Shown: positions 38,033 to 47,401, numbered from the stretch's first letter. The stretch is 64,000 bases of DNA from Nitrososphaerota archaeon (GCA_028867755.1 JAGWFT010000001.1:260727-324726), one strand, 5' to 3'. Numbers and translations: made by a program. Notes: generated by a model from the sequence alone, not told the origin.

Positions 38033-40184
38033 GTTTGATTTTCTCCCATGGAATGGTAATCACAAATGTAGCACCACGTCCAAGTTCACCATCTTTAAGA
38101 ATTTCAACCTTGCCTCCGTATGATTCCACTGTCTCTTGAACTATACTGAGTCCAAGTCCGGTGCCATTTTCATATTCTGAGAATAATGGTCTAAAAATTT
38201 TGTGTCGGATTGAATCACTCACCCCCTTTCCATTATCACTAAATTTCATCTTTATTCCATGTGATTCTTTGGTGCAAGTTACTTTGATCATTTTTTTATT
38301 AGTTTTTTCAAGGGCCTTGACAGAGTTCGTTAGCATGTTAAGCGCTATAGATAAGAAATCTGCCTTGTTCATGAAGATGGTAAGATCCTTTGGATATGCT
38401 TTTGCTTTCGCATCTATCTCATAGTCCAACACAGTTACAAAATCATCAAGTATGTCATTCATTTCCTTTTCAATCTTAATTGGTTCTTTTATTCTAGATT
38501 CCACTGAATGACCTACTCCTTGAACAAATTTTCTTATGAACCATGTAAAGTGAGACACAGTTACAATTTTATCATCCAAATCTTTTATCACGGCATCTAA
38601 TATTGAGTCGTTGATGCCAAGTTTTTTAAGATATTTTGATATGGCATCTGGGGTGGATTCTATTCCAGCAATAATGTTGAAAATTTCGTGGTAAGAAGCA
38701 GCTGACGAAATTCCCAAAGATGCAAGATTTCTATATGTACGTTCCCGGTTTTCTAGGTCTTGATATTCCTCTGTCAAGTCATCTCTATAACCAGTAAACA
38801 CTTTGCTGATTTTGTTCAGAGATTTTTGAATGACCTTTTTATCAGTTTTATCGAGTTGTGGATTTTCCTCAACCAACTCAGAGAGATATTTAATTTCTGA
38901 TTCTAGAACCCGTTCATGTTTTACTCTGGTTCCTTTTTCTTGCTGTCGTTTGCGTTCTTCACTCCTAAAGTAAAAGAATTCTGTAAATATGTCATTTACA
39001 AAATAAACCATGTTAAGATAAGCATCATTTTCTACAAGCTTTTCCCTAGTAGTAGTATCTATCAATAACGGATTTTCTTCTCTCGATATTTCGACAAAAC
39101 CTATTACTTGAGAATTATAGACCCTGAGGGTAGATTGAACTCTTTGGGCCTCTAAACTAAGCCAATCATTACCCAATGCACCGTATGGACTAACCCAAAA
39201 GCCATCTCGGTATATCTTAATGCCATGGTGATCTCTAACAATAGACGTTATCTCACTCGATTTCAGAACATCGCGATAATATTCATCCCAGGGATCATAT
39301 CTAGTTGAATGAGGAAAGAAGTAGAATACCACCTTGCATAGGCCGAAAGATTTCCAAGGAAGCCCGTTTGATTTCATTATGTCTTCATATGATAATGATC
39401 TTTTCTCTACAAATTTTCCTTCTCTCCAAATTGTCATGGTGGTGTGATTAAAACCTGAGGGAATGGCAGCACTTACTTTGTAGGGAGCTTTCTTAAACAT
39501 TAGACTTTCAATTTCTGAAGTAACACCTGAACCAAATTCGTTAGCAATTATCTTTACTCCAAATTTTTCTTTTTGGGATCGTCTCAATTCAGGTGGAAGC
39601 AAAATAGAAGCTATAGACAAACGTAGTTTTTGGATTTTCTTTTCGTCCCATGGTTCACGAATATTTTCAAGCATTATTGTTGTGCCATGTTCTGAAATAT
39701 TATCGCGTTGAGGATTGATTTCTACTGGATTTTTTATTTGAGTAAATTCCACTGTTTCATCCTCGTATTTGTCCCAATCAATATGAAGGGTTATTTCTTC
39801 TGTGCTAGATACCGGCCGCGAAATTATTGTTGTTTTCTTTGATAATTTTTCTGTTGAAAATCTTCCAATACCTTTGTTTCCAAGTACACGACGACCCATA
39901 TTGGTTATTTTTTGTTTTTCTTTTCCATAGGTGCCGATCACCATCCATTTATTTTCGATGTCAACATAGGTCATTCCTTCACCATTATCTTTCAGGATGA
40001 TTCTTGCATTGATTCCACCACCTTCAAGTAGATTTTCAAATGTAATTGTTAATTCAGTTGCATCTGCATCATATGCATTTTTTACCAACTCAAACAGGGC
40101 TGCAGTATCACTAGAAACTGATTCACGTCCCAAAAGACGTGCCACTTTGCTGGTAAATTTAAAACTTAGACTCTCAGGCTCCAT
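38025..40184 (-). CDS. MORC/MutL-type GHKL ATPase fused to a histidine kinase
   Basis: N-terminal ELVKNAYDADA, DNGEGM, GNKGIGRFS; C-terminal H-box (ASYHEI), NMLTNS, SDNGKGV, GTGLGLSIV. Confidence 0.88.
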   Translation of the reverse strand: MEPESLSFKFTSKVARLLGRESVSSDTAALFELVKNAYDADATELTITFENLLEGGGINARIILKDNGEGMTYVDIENKWMVIGTYGKEKQKITNMGRRVLGNKGIGRFSTEKLSKKTTIISRPVSSTEEITLHIDWDKYEDETVEFTQIKNPVEINPQRDNISEHGTTIMLENIREPWDEKKIQKLRLSIASILLPPELRRSQKEKFGVKIIANEFGSGVTSEIESLMFKKAPYKVSAAIPSGFNHTTMTIWREGKFVEKRSLSYEDIMKSNGLPWKSFGLCKVVFYFFPHSTRYDPWDEYYRDVLKSSEITSIVRDHHGIKIYRDGFWVSPYGALGNDWLSLEAQRVQSTLRVYNSQVIGFVEISREENPLLIDTTTREKLVENDAYLNMVYFVNDIFTEFFYFRSEERKRQQEKGTRVKHERVLESEIKYLSELVEENPQLDKTDKKVIQKSLNKISKVFTGYRDDLTEEYQDLENRERTYRNLASLGISSAASYHEIFNIIAGIESTPDAISKYLKKLGINDSILDAVIKDLDDKIVTVSHFTWFIRKFVQGVGHSVESRIKEPIKIEKEMNDILDDFVTVLDYEIDAKAKAYPKDLTIFMNKADFLSIALNMLTNSVKALEKTNKKMIKVTCTKESHGIKMKFSDNGKGVSDSIRHKIFRPLFSEYENGTGLGLSIVQETVESYGGKVEILKDGELGRGATFVITIPWEKIKRG

Positions 40185-40686
40185 CTTGTTCCTGCGATTT
40201 CTTACAGTTTCTTGTTTTTAACCTTAGTTAGAAAGGTTTGAATCTGTTGGGACACAATATAATTTGATCTAACTAGAGATCCAAGCGATCATTTGTTAGA
40301 AATTGTATAATGTAGTTTTCATCAGGCTCCCATGACAATCAACAAATCTGTACCGATTTCCACCTTCCAATCTCTGACACTATGACATGATTATACCTAT
40401 TCGATTCAACTAATGATGAGCCCCAACATGACCCAACACATGAAAACCTGCAAAATATGGTTACCTGCCACGTTTTGCCTTGGTAAAATAATCCACCATG
40501 CACTCTTTATGTGCATATTCGGCAGTATTGCACGAGGTTTGACAAAACCAGCAAATGCCTTTGCGAAATTTCGGTGACTCGACCTCTCGCACTTGATAAT
40601 ATTTACGACATTCTTGCCCTTAACTCTGATCGTAGGATAGGATCGTAGAGTACTGGTGCTATAACCCACTGGATTATCTGGCCTTC

Positions 40687-41087
40687 AAAACTATAGGTAG
40701 TTTTTTCCAGTTACTGATTAGTACACTTACGATCATTCAGCTATCAATAGCAGTTTTTTCAATCAGTCAACTACTATAGATAGCAGTCAGTAGCAGTAGT
40801 TGTTTTGACTATAGGTAGCAGTCAGTAGCAGTAGTTGTTTTGACTGCTATAGGTAGCAGTCAGTAGCAGTCGACTACCTATGGACCTTGACTGCTATAGG
40901 TAGTTTTCAAATGACTGCTACTCGTGATTTTTGTCAAGTTGGCAAAAACTGGTGATGACTACCTATAGTCATTTAGTTGATAGAAAAACTAGCAGTTTTT
41001 TCAATCAGTCAACTACTATAGGTAGTAGTTATCAATACTGGTATCGATACAAATGGTCTGGGTTTTGAAAAACTATAGGTAGTTTTT
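40687..41087. repeat. Array of nine CTA-TAGG-TAG-centred palindromes plus 30-31 bp direct repeats
   Basis: Cores at 40691, 40774 (variant), 40809, 40847, 40874 (reverse, variant), 40894, 40959 (reverse), 41016, 41073. Confidence 0.9.
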
Positions 41088-41365
41088 TCAATTCATGTTA
41101 TCGATATAGGTGTATTACGCAGATGCGTAGTATGCGCGTACTCTTACACCTTGCGTACTACGAGTATGTTTTTTCTGCATTTTTTAATGCATAGAAAGAT
41201 TAACAAATGTGTAGTTGTATAGATATAGTAAGATTTCTGAAAAAAAAGAAATGGGGTAGGAACTGCGAAGCTGTTCCAATAGCTTACTGCCAGTGTCTAC
41301 AACCTCTGTGTCAGTCGACCTCTCTCGGCCCATTTCTTTTTATTTTAATGTATGTAACACAAGGC

Positions 41366-41764
41366 ATGGTAAAATTTACTCCAAAAGAGATCAAGTTTCT
41401 AAAAGCAAATGAAGGATGCAGGGTTGCAACAAGCTTAGATGACAATCCGCACATAGCTCCTGTGACATATTACTTTGAGGATGGATACTTTTATTTTGCA
41501 ACCGATTATGACACAAAAAAGTATGCGAATCTAAAAAAGAACAACAAAATTGCAATATCTGTTGACATTTACAATCCTGGAAAACACAAGGGAGTGGTGG
41601 TACAGGGCTTGACGACCTTCATTGAGAAGGGAAGTGAGTTCAAGCGACTGTATGACATATTTTACAAAAATTATGCATGGGTGAGAGCCATACCATGGAA
41701 AGAAGAGGAAGCTCCTTTTGTGAAAATTGTTCCTAAAAAGAAAGCAAGCTGGGGTATAGGCTAG
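41366..41764 (+). CDS. Pyridoxamine 5'-phosphate oxidase-like FMN-binding protein
   Basis: RVATS..D.PHIAPV.Y, KKYANLKKNNKIAISVD; start reset downstream of attR. Confidence 0.85.
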   Translation: MVKFTPKEIKFLKANEGCRVATSLDDNPHIAPVTYYFEDGYFYFATDYDTKKYANLKKNNKIAISVDIYNPGKHKGVVVQGLTTFIEKGSEFKRLYDIFYKNYAWVRAIPWKEEEAPFVKIVPKKKASWGIG

Positions 41765-42261
41765 CCAAGTGTTACGTCAAAGTCTTTAGTGATCAGGGTA
41801 AGAGTTGACTCTATTGTTACCTGACCCTTTGCCTCGTACTTGACTGAATCTCCTTTTACTATTGAATCATACACGTCAGCTATACTAGGTGAGTTGACAA
41901 GCTGGAAAGTATCATCAGGAACTGTCATGTTGCTATTTGGGAACAATTCAGGCCTTCCAGCCATTGGGATGTCCTCTACACTATAATGGCCTTGACCAAT
42001 ATCTTTCCCGTTTGCATACAATTCATAATTAATTGTTGAAATGGTAGAAGTGATTGTTGTTGGATTGTATAGAATATAGTCGATCTCAAGATTTGCACGG
42101 TTGTTGATCTTGTCTACACTGAGTAATTTGATAGTTTGAATATTTACAGTTACTTGGTTTAGTTGAGGTTGATATGAATTTGCATATAGATAGAAGAAAA
42201 GCATAAGGCCACCTAAACCAACAAAAGCTGCAATTAACACTGCCTTTCCCTTGCTAACCAA
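41761..42261 (-). CDS. LEA_2-like membrane-anchored protein
   Basis: N-terminal TM helix; LYNPT...STINYELYANG. Confidence 0.65.
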   Translation of the reverse strand: MVSKGKAVLIAAFVGLGGLMLFFYLYANSYQPQLNQVTVNIQTIKLLSVDKINNRANLEIDYILYNPTTITSTISTINYELYANGKDIGQGHYSVEDIPMAGRPELFPNSNMTVPDDTFQLVNSPSIADVYDSIVKGDSVKYEAKGQVTIESTLTLITKDFDVTLG

Positions 42262-42362
42262 ATCTAAAAGCTAGCGGTCTGACTGAATTAAAAACCTTCT
42301 CAGATGAACTTGCATTAATTGTAAGAATAGAGATATTATTGCGTTAACTATGATATAGAAAC

Positions 42363-42857
42363 ATGGCAATTTCTGATGCGCTAATTATGTGGGCGCATCT
42401 TGTTGCTGCATCAATATGGGTTGGAGGTTCCATATTCATAGGAATAGTTCTAGCTCCACTTCTCAAGACAATGTCAGACACTGCGGAGGGAAGACTCTCA
42501 ATTATGATTCGTGTGGGAAGAAAATTCAACAAACTTGCCGTTCCTTCTTTAATCATACTCATTGTAACTGGAATCTACAACTCTAGCAACTTATTGAGCA
42601 AGCCATCATTGATACTTTCGACAACCTATGGGCAGATTCTTGTGATAAAAGTCATTCTTGTCATAATCTTGCTGATAACATTTGCAGTACACGTAAGATT
42701 GATTCGAACTGAAATAGAAAAGAAGATTGAATCAAGGCAATTTTCTGAGGAACTTGTACAAAAACTCCGCTCAAAAATCATTATTTTAGGAAGGATAACT
42801 GTAGTAGTATCTGTAGCCATACTTCTTATGGCTGCGCTACTGCATTCCGGGGTCTGA
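42363..42857 (+). CDS. CopD/DUF4149-like four-TM membrane protein
   Basis: WAHLVAASIWVGG; TGIYN; YGQILVIKVIL. Confidence 0.75.
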   Translation: MAISDALIMWAHLVAASIWVGGSIFIGIVLAPLLKTMSDTAEGRLSIMIRVGRKFNKLAVPSLIILIVTGIYNSSNLLSKPSLILSTTYGQILVIKVILVIILLITFAVHVRLIRTEIEKKIESRQFSEELVQKLRSKIIILGRITVVVSVAILLMAALLHSGV

Positions 42858-43868
42858 GCTTCCAACTATTCGCACTTCAAACCCATTATCGAGCTTTCCT
42901 ATTCCATACTTGCAATTGGTTATCTTTGATGCAACAAAGAGATTTGTCTCTAAATGTTTTGTAATCTGGTTTACTCGAAAGATCGAAGTCTCGGGAATCA
43001 ATGAGAGTGGAACCACAAGCATGTCTGAGAGAGAAGGATCTGTTCCCATGTTTGATTCAATGAACTTTCTTGCTACTGCTTTTCCCATTCCTGACATGCT
43101 TTTGTAATAAATCATGTCAGAGCCAATTACTGAAGAATCATCATGTGAAAATACCATAATTGAGCATCCGATGTCCAGGGCATCATCCTCTTTGACATGA
43201 TGCTCAACCTCGAAGCCGCCATCTTCAAGAATTTTCTTGGCATCACTGACTTCTTGTAGTACAGTTTCCTCTTGTATGTCATGATAAGAACAGACCATCT
43301 TTGCAGATTTTGTTGTGCGTTCAAGAAATGATATGGCTTTTGCATTTTTGCAAGGAAGAATTTTTGTCTCTATTAATCCGCCGCCCTTTGGATAATACCC
43401 ACGTTTTTTGATGTCAAGCGAAAAATCAATGCCAATTCTAGAAAATGCTTCACCTAGCACAAATTTTGTATAATCTGCAGTTGGGCTCCATGGGACATCT
43501 GTTCCACCTGTAATGGCAATTTCTAGCCTCTTTTTGAGAAGTGAAGCGGCAGGGATCAAGACTTGTAAAATTAAAGGAATGCTTCCAGCAGTACCGACAT
43601 CCTCTCTAAGCTGCATGTCTACTCCCTGCGATGGGTAGAACTTTAGGCTGGTAGAACCAACATGTAATCCATCGACTTTTGCCTGGCAAATCTTTGAAAG
43701 AATTTTTACTCCTAGCATATGCTGTGGCCTCAGGCCAGGAATCTTTCGATTACTGCGAATGTTTTCTATCTCTACAGGCCTTCCAGTTATTGCAGACAGT
43801 GTTACTGCACTCCGAATTATCTGTCCACCGCCCTCTCCAAAAGAACCGTCTATTTTTATTGATTCCAC
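42837..43868 (-). CDS. rtcA: RNA 3'-terminal phosphate cyclase
   Basis: IDGSFGEGGGQIIRSA, GLRPQH, GGTDVPWSP, RGYYPKGGG, HLETN. Confidence 0.93.
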   Translation of the reverse strand: MESIKIDGSFGEGGGQIIRSAVTLSAITGRPVEIENIRSNRKIPGLRPQHMLGVKILSKICQAKVDGLHVGSTSLKFYPSQGVDMQLREDVGTAGSIPLILQVLIPAASLLKKRLEIAITGGTDVPWSPTADYTKFVLGEAFSRIGIDFSLDIKKRGYYPKGGGLIETKILPCKNAKAISFLERTTKSAKMVCSYHDIQEETVLQEVSDAKKILEDGGFEVEHHVKEDDALDIGCSIMVFSHDDSSVIGSDMIYYKSMSGMGKAVARKFIESNMGTDPSLSDMLVVPLSLIPETSIFRVNQITKHLETNLFVASKITNCKYGIGKLDNGFEVRIVGSSDPGMQ

Positions 43869-43905
43869 CAGTTGGTGTAATCTATGAATTTAATTAAATG
43901 ATGGT

Positions 43906-44091
43906 TTAGACGTTTGCAGTGTCTTCCCTTATGGCTGACCTGACCCTCAATAGCAGATCATCTGGCATCTCAAAGTAACCATGGGCTTTTGCATGGTTTT
44001 CTACCATTACCATAAGCTCTCCTTCTGTTTTTGCTGCAGCACGCCATTCGCAATCGACTCCTACATCTGAACATCGAATGCTTTTTGTCAT
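43906..44091 (-). CDS. Small metal-binding protein (DUF1059-like)
   Basis: IRCSDVG.DCEW...A.TE.EL...VENHAKAHG. Confidence 0.75.
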   Translation of the reverse strand: MTKSIRCSDVGVDCEWRAAAKTEGELMVMVENHAKAHGYFEMPDDLLLRVRSAIREDTANV

Positions 44092-44321
44092 TGAAATAAT
44101 TTAGTTCACAGTACGATTTGTCCTTATGGTACATAGTTCACATAAAAATAGATTAGATATGAAAAAAATCACAAGATATGTTTGTACCTGTCATCTATAG
44201 GTGCCATAATTTTATCTAGACAAATTATAGGACAACCGTAAAAACCATTGGAAATTTTTACATCGATAACGAGTATAAGAAAATCACGCAAGAACTATCA
44301 CAAGTTGATCATACTCATAAA

Positions 44322-44576
44322 ATGGAAACAGCTCATCTCATGATAAAATGTACGTCTGGGGAAGAAAATCATGTTATTGAACAATTAAAAAATATTGAAG
44401 GTGTCAAAATTGTACAGAAGACAATTGGAGAGTTCGATATTTTAGTAAAAGTAGAGTCTGATAATTCTGATTCATTGCGAAGATTGATCACGTGGAAAAT
44501 TATGAAAAATGACAAAATCAAGTCTGTTACCACTTTGATGTGCACAAGAAAATCACTCTGTGTGGTTGTAGAGTAG
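44322..44576 (+). CDS. Lrp/AsnC ligand-binding-domain protein
   Basis: IEGVK....TIGEFDILVKVE...IKSVTTL. Confidence 0.85.
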   Translation: METAHLMIKCTSGEENHVIEQLKNIEGVKIVQKTIGEFDILVKVESDNSDSLRRLITWKIMKNDKIKSVTTLMCTRKSLCVVVE

Positions 44577-44577
44577 T

Positions 44578-44706
44578 ATGAAAAAAGAACAAAAAACCAC
44601 TGGTACAAGAAAACTCCATGACAGACCACGCTTTCTTGGTTTACCGACAGCCAAGTGGGAATCTAGTGATCTTTACATAAAATTCGTTAATTATGCAGTG
44701 TCATAA
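44578..44706 (+). CDS. Possible 42-aa peptide
   Basis: ATG immediately after the Lrp stop; MKKEQKTTGTRKLHDRPRFLGLPTAKWESSDLYIKFVNYAVS. Confidence 0.3.
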   Translation: MKKEQKTTGTRKLHDRPRFLGLPTAKWESSDLYIKFVNYAVS

Positions 44707-44743
44707 TAACAAACGTAAAAGCCAATTTTGAGAAATATGTCTA

Positions 44744-45133
44744 TTATTTTCTATGTTCTGAGGAGCCAAATTTGATTATGATTTGTGCAATTTTTGTAGC
44801 CAGAGATATGGGACTGATGTTTTTCATTGTTGTAACAACAACACAATTTTCATTGAGAGGAAAGCTGAACATGGCAAAATTACCCTCTGAAAAATGATAT
44901 TGGATAGGACCATAAAGATCATCCAACCTTTCTCCCAACGATATATCAAAAAGACATTTACCTAAACTTCTCCTGCTTTCTTCTTTGTTTGAATTTATCG
45001 TCTTGTCAGAACCAAGTCTTTCAAGTATTAGGCCAGATTTGCTGATTATTTCTACCGACTGGATGCTATTGCTTGAATTGATTATTGATCTGCATAATTT
45101 ACCAAGATTGAGTGTTTTTGTAGCAGAATACAC
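44744..45133 (-). CDS. Roadblock/profilin-like thaumarchaeal protein
   Basis: Resembles the 46991 and 50086 ORFs (G.V.Y...E...MFSFPL..VVV). Confidence 0.6.
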   Translation of the reverse strand: MYSATKTLNLGKLCRSIINSSNSIQSVEIISKSGLILERLGSDKTINSNKEESRRSLGKCLFDISLGERLDDLYGPIQYHFSEGNFAMFSFPLNENCVVVTTMKNISPISLATKIAQIIIKFGSSEHRK

Positions 45134-45208
45134 GTGTTTTCTATCATTCTACTCTTTAAAAAAACTGATCATGATGACATAGGATAACGTCCTCTATCTT
45201 CCTGAATG

Positions 45209-45589
45209 CTAGCGTGACTTGGACCATTTTTTCATCCATTGCAAAAGATCTATCATAGATTTTACAAGTTCTTGTCCCTTACTAGTTAGCTTGTATTCGA
45301 CTCTTGGTGGAATTTCATTATACGATAACCTTTCCAATACTCCACTCTTCTCTAGCTCCTTTAATCTGGTAGCAAGTGTCTTGCTACTTATTCCCTTCAA
45401 AGTATCTCTGAATTGTTTATACCTCACAGGTTTTGTGGTACAACATAAAGGAATTAGAATCTCAAGGGTACCTCTTTTAGTAATTATTTTTCTTAGTCTT
45501 GATGTCTCTGACATCAAAGATGAGGCATTGTATCCCTCAAAACTGCAACCATCTTGAATCATTGGAATTGTTTTCTTTTTAGTTTCCAT
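45209..45589 (-). CDS. HxlR-family winged-helix regulator
   Basis: GISSKTLATRLKELEKSGVLER.SYNEIPPRVEYKLT.KG. Confidence 0.9.
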   Translation of the reverse strand: METKKKTIPMIQDGCSFEGYNASSLMSETSRLRKIITKRGTLEILIPLCCTTKPVRYKQFRDTLKGISSKTLATRLKELEKSGVLERLSYNEIPPRVEYKLTSKGQELVKSMIDLLQWMKKWSKSR

Positions 45590-45662
45590 CTTTACACCAA
45601 CTGTAATTATTTCTCCTTAACAACTTAAATGGTTTACTATCTAAACTATTATCAGAATTAAA

Positions 45663-46079
45663 ATGGGGTTGTTTGGAAAGCCAAAAAAGAAAATACTATT
45701 TGCATGCATAGAAAATGCAGGACGAAGCCAAATGGCTGAAGGGTTCTTTAGAAAATATGCTCCAAAAGGATGGGATGTAATAAGTGGTGGGACAGAACCC
45801 AAGTCGTACGTAAATCCACTAGCAATAGAGGTAATGAAAGAAGTTGGAATTGACATTAGTAATCAAAAGGCAAAGATGCTTTCTGAAGATCAAATTCGTA
45901 CTGCAAATCTAAAAGTGAATATGGGTTGTATGGATACAACCAAATGTCCTTCTCTTGTTCTAGGAAATTATGTAGACTGGGGAATTGAAGACCCTAAAGA
46001 CAAGCCAATAGAGAAAGTTCGTGAGATAAGGGATCAGATAGACACAAGAGTAATGAGACTTTGCAAAACTCTAGAATAA
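45663..46079 (+). CDS. arsC: Arsenate reductase (LMW-PTP fold)
   Basis: LFACIENAGRSQMAE, MGC, DWGIEDP. Confidence 0.85.
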   Translation: MGLFGKPKKKILFACIENAGRSQMAEGFFRKYAPKGWDVISGGTEPKSYVNPLAIEVMKEVGIDISNQKAKMLSEDQIRTANLKVNMGCMDTTKCPSLVLGNYVDWGIEDPKDKPIEKVREIRDQIDTRVMRLCKTLE

Positions 46080-46744
46080 CTGACAAGTTAACCTCTAATC
46101 AAAAGAGGTTTTTTGCTGAATTAATTGGTACTTTCATGGTAGTTGTATTTGCAACTGGATCAGTAGTCCTTGATGTAAAATATGTAGGAACATTTGGATT
46201 ATGGTTTGTAGCTTTAGCACCTGCTGTTGCAGTAGCTCTTATGGTTTATGCATTTGGAAAAATATCGATGGCACACTTTAATCCTGCTGTAACAGTTGGA
46301 TTTTTGATTACAAAACATATGCCAAAAAATCTGCTGCTGACATATTTAGCTGCAGAAATAATTGGTGCCCTGCTAGGAAGTGTCTTTGTAAAATATGTGA
46401 TAGGAACAGAAGCAAATCTTGGGGCAAATGCACCAGACTATCATTTTCCAATTCTGCTTATAGTTGGTGTTGAAGTTCTGGCTACTGCATTATTGATGGC
46501 AGTGATTTTGGTAGTTGTCCATACAAAGGAATTGAAGGGCTTTAGTGGGATTGCAATAGGTGGTATAATAGGACTAGACATCTTCTTTTTGGCGTTTATT
46601 TCAGGTGCCTCGATGAACCCGGCAAGATCTCTTGCACCAGCTCTGCTATCTGGATATCTCAATGACTTGTGGCTATATCTGACTGCAACTTTTGTAGGCT
46701 CTGGTATAGCAGCATGTATATACAGAATAAAATTTGCAAGATAG
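46061..46744 (+). CDS. MIP/aquaporin family channel
   Basis: AHFNPAVT and ASMNPARS NPA motifs. Confidence 0.92.
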   Translation: MQNSRITDKLTSNQKRFFAELIGTFMVVVFATGSVVLDVKYVGTFGLWFVALAPAVAVALMVYAFGKISMAHFNPAVTVGFLITKHMPKNLLLTYLAAEIIGALLGSVFVKYVIGTEANLGANAPDYHFPILLIVGVEVLATALLMAVILVVVHTKELKGFSGIAIGGIIGLDIFFLAFISGASMNPARSLAPALLSGYLNDLWLYLTATFVGSGIAACIYRIKFAR

Positions 46745-46801
46745 AAAACCGAAAATCATGCTCTATAATCATATCCAGACGACCTAAATCTTGTTAATAA
46801 T

Positions 46802-46854
46802 GGGGAGTAGGTCTACCTTAATCATAAAATGGATAAGTGACCACGGTAGACCAT
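46802..46854 (-). ncRNA. Putative small hairpin RNA A
   Basis: GGTCTACC/GGTAGACC stem; homologous to 49247-49297; CCTTAGAT box 27 nt upstream. Confidence 0.4.
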
Positions 46855-46990
46855 TACAATTACTACAACAGTGAAATTATCTAAGGATATGCTATAGTTT
46901 TTTGTATACTTCATAGATCTATGTAACTGCTATAAATGAACCACATTCTATACGGTCAATCCTTTTCATAGCCAAAATCAATTCTATGGT

Positions 46991-47401
46991 ATGACAACAG
47001 AGACTCTTGAACGTAACCAATCATTAGATATCCTGTGCAAACAAGTTTCAAGCATCGACAATCATATCGAGCTTGTAGCCATTTTAAATCGTAAAGGTCG
47101 AGTTGTGGAAATGATTGCTAAAGACGATGGAGTAAATAGAGATCTGCCAGCTCAAAAGAGAGAAATGTTGTTTATGGAATTTGTACTCCAAGCTTCCATG
47201 AATACAGAATATGATAACGAATTTGGTAAAGTCAAGGGTTTGATTCTGCAAAGAGAAAAGATCTCTGCATTCTCATTTCAGATATATGATCATGTTTTGG
47301 TAGTTATAACCAGACCAATGTTTGAACCAATAGTTGTACAGCAAAGAATTACTGAAATAATTTTCAATCACGCCAAATTAGAGTTAACAGTAAACTACTA
47401 G
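46991..47401 (+). CDS. Roadblock/profilin-like thaumarchaeal protein
   Basis: I.LVAILNRKGR, EYDNEFGKVK, REK...FSF. Confidence 0.7.
   Translation: MTTETLERNQSLDILCKQVSSIDNHIELVAILNRKGRVVEMIAKDDGVNRDLPAQKREMLFMEFVLQASMNTEYDNEFGKVKGLILQREKISAFSFQIYDHVLVVITRPMFEPIVVQQRITEIIFNHAKLELTVNY

Larger units (their letters stand above)
29441..41335. mobile_element. Integrative element / genomic island (~11.9 kb) inserted at the tRNA-Val 3' end
   Basis: 16-bp direct repeat CTCTCTCGGCCCATTT at 29441-29456 and 41320-41335; tyrosine integrase next to the tRNA; methylase/Vsr cargo. Confidence 0.88.

Noticed and set aside
40406-40669. Tracked 87-aa minus-strand ORF
   Set aside because: No recognisable motif; an overlapping frame looks more protein-like, so it was not called as a gene.
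41207-41365. N-terminal extension of the PNPOx-like ORF in the track
   Set aside because: It runs across attR into island DNA; homology-like sequence starts at about 41366.
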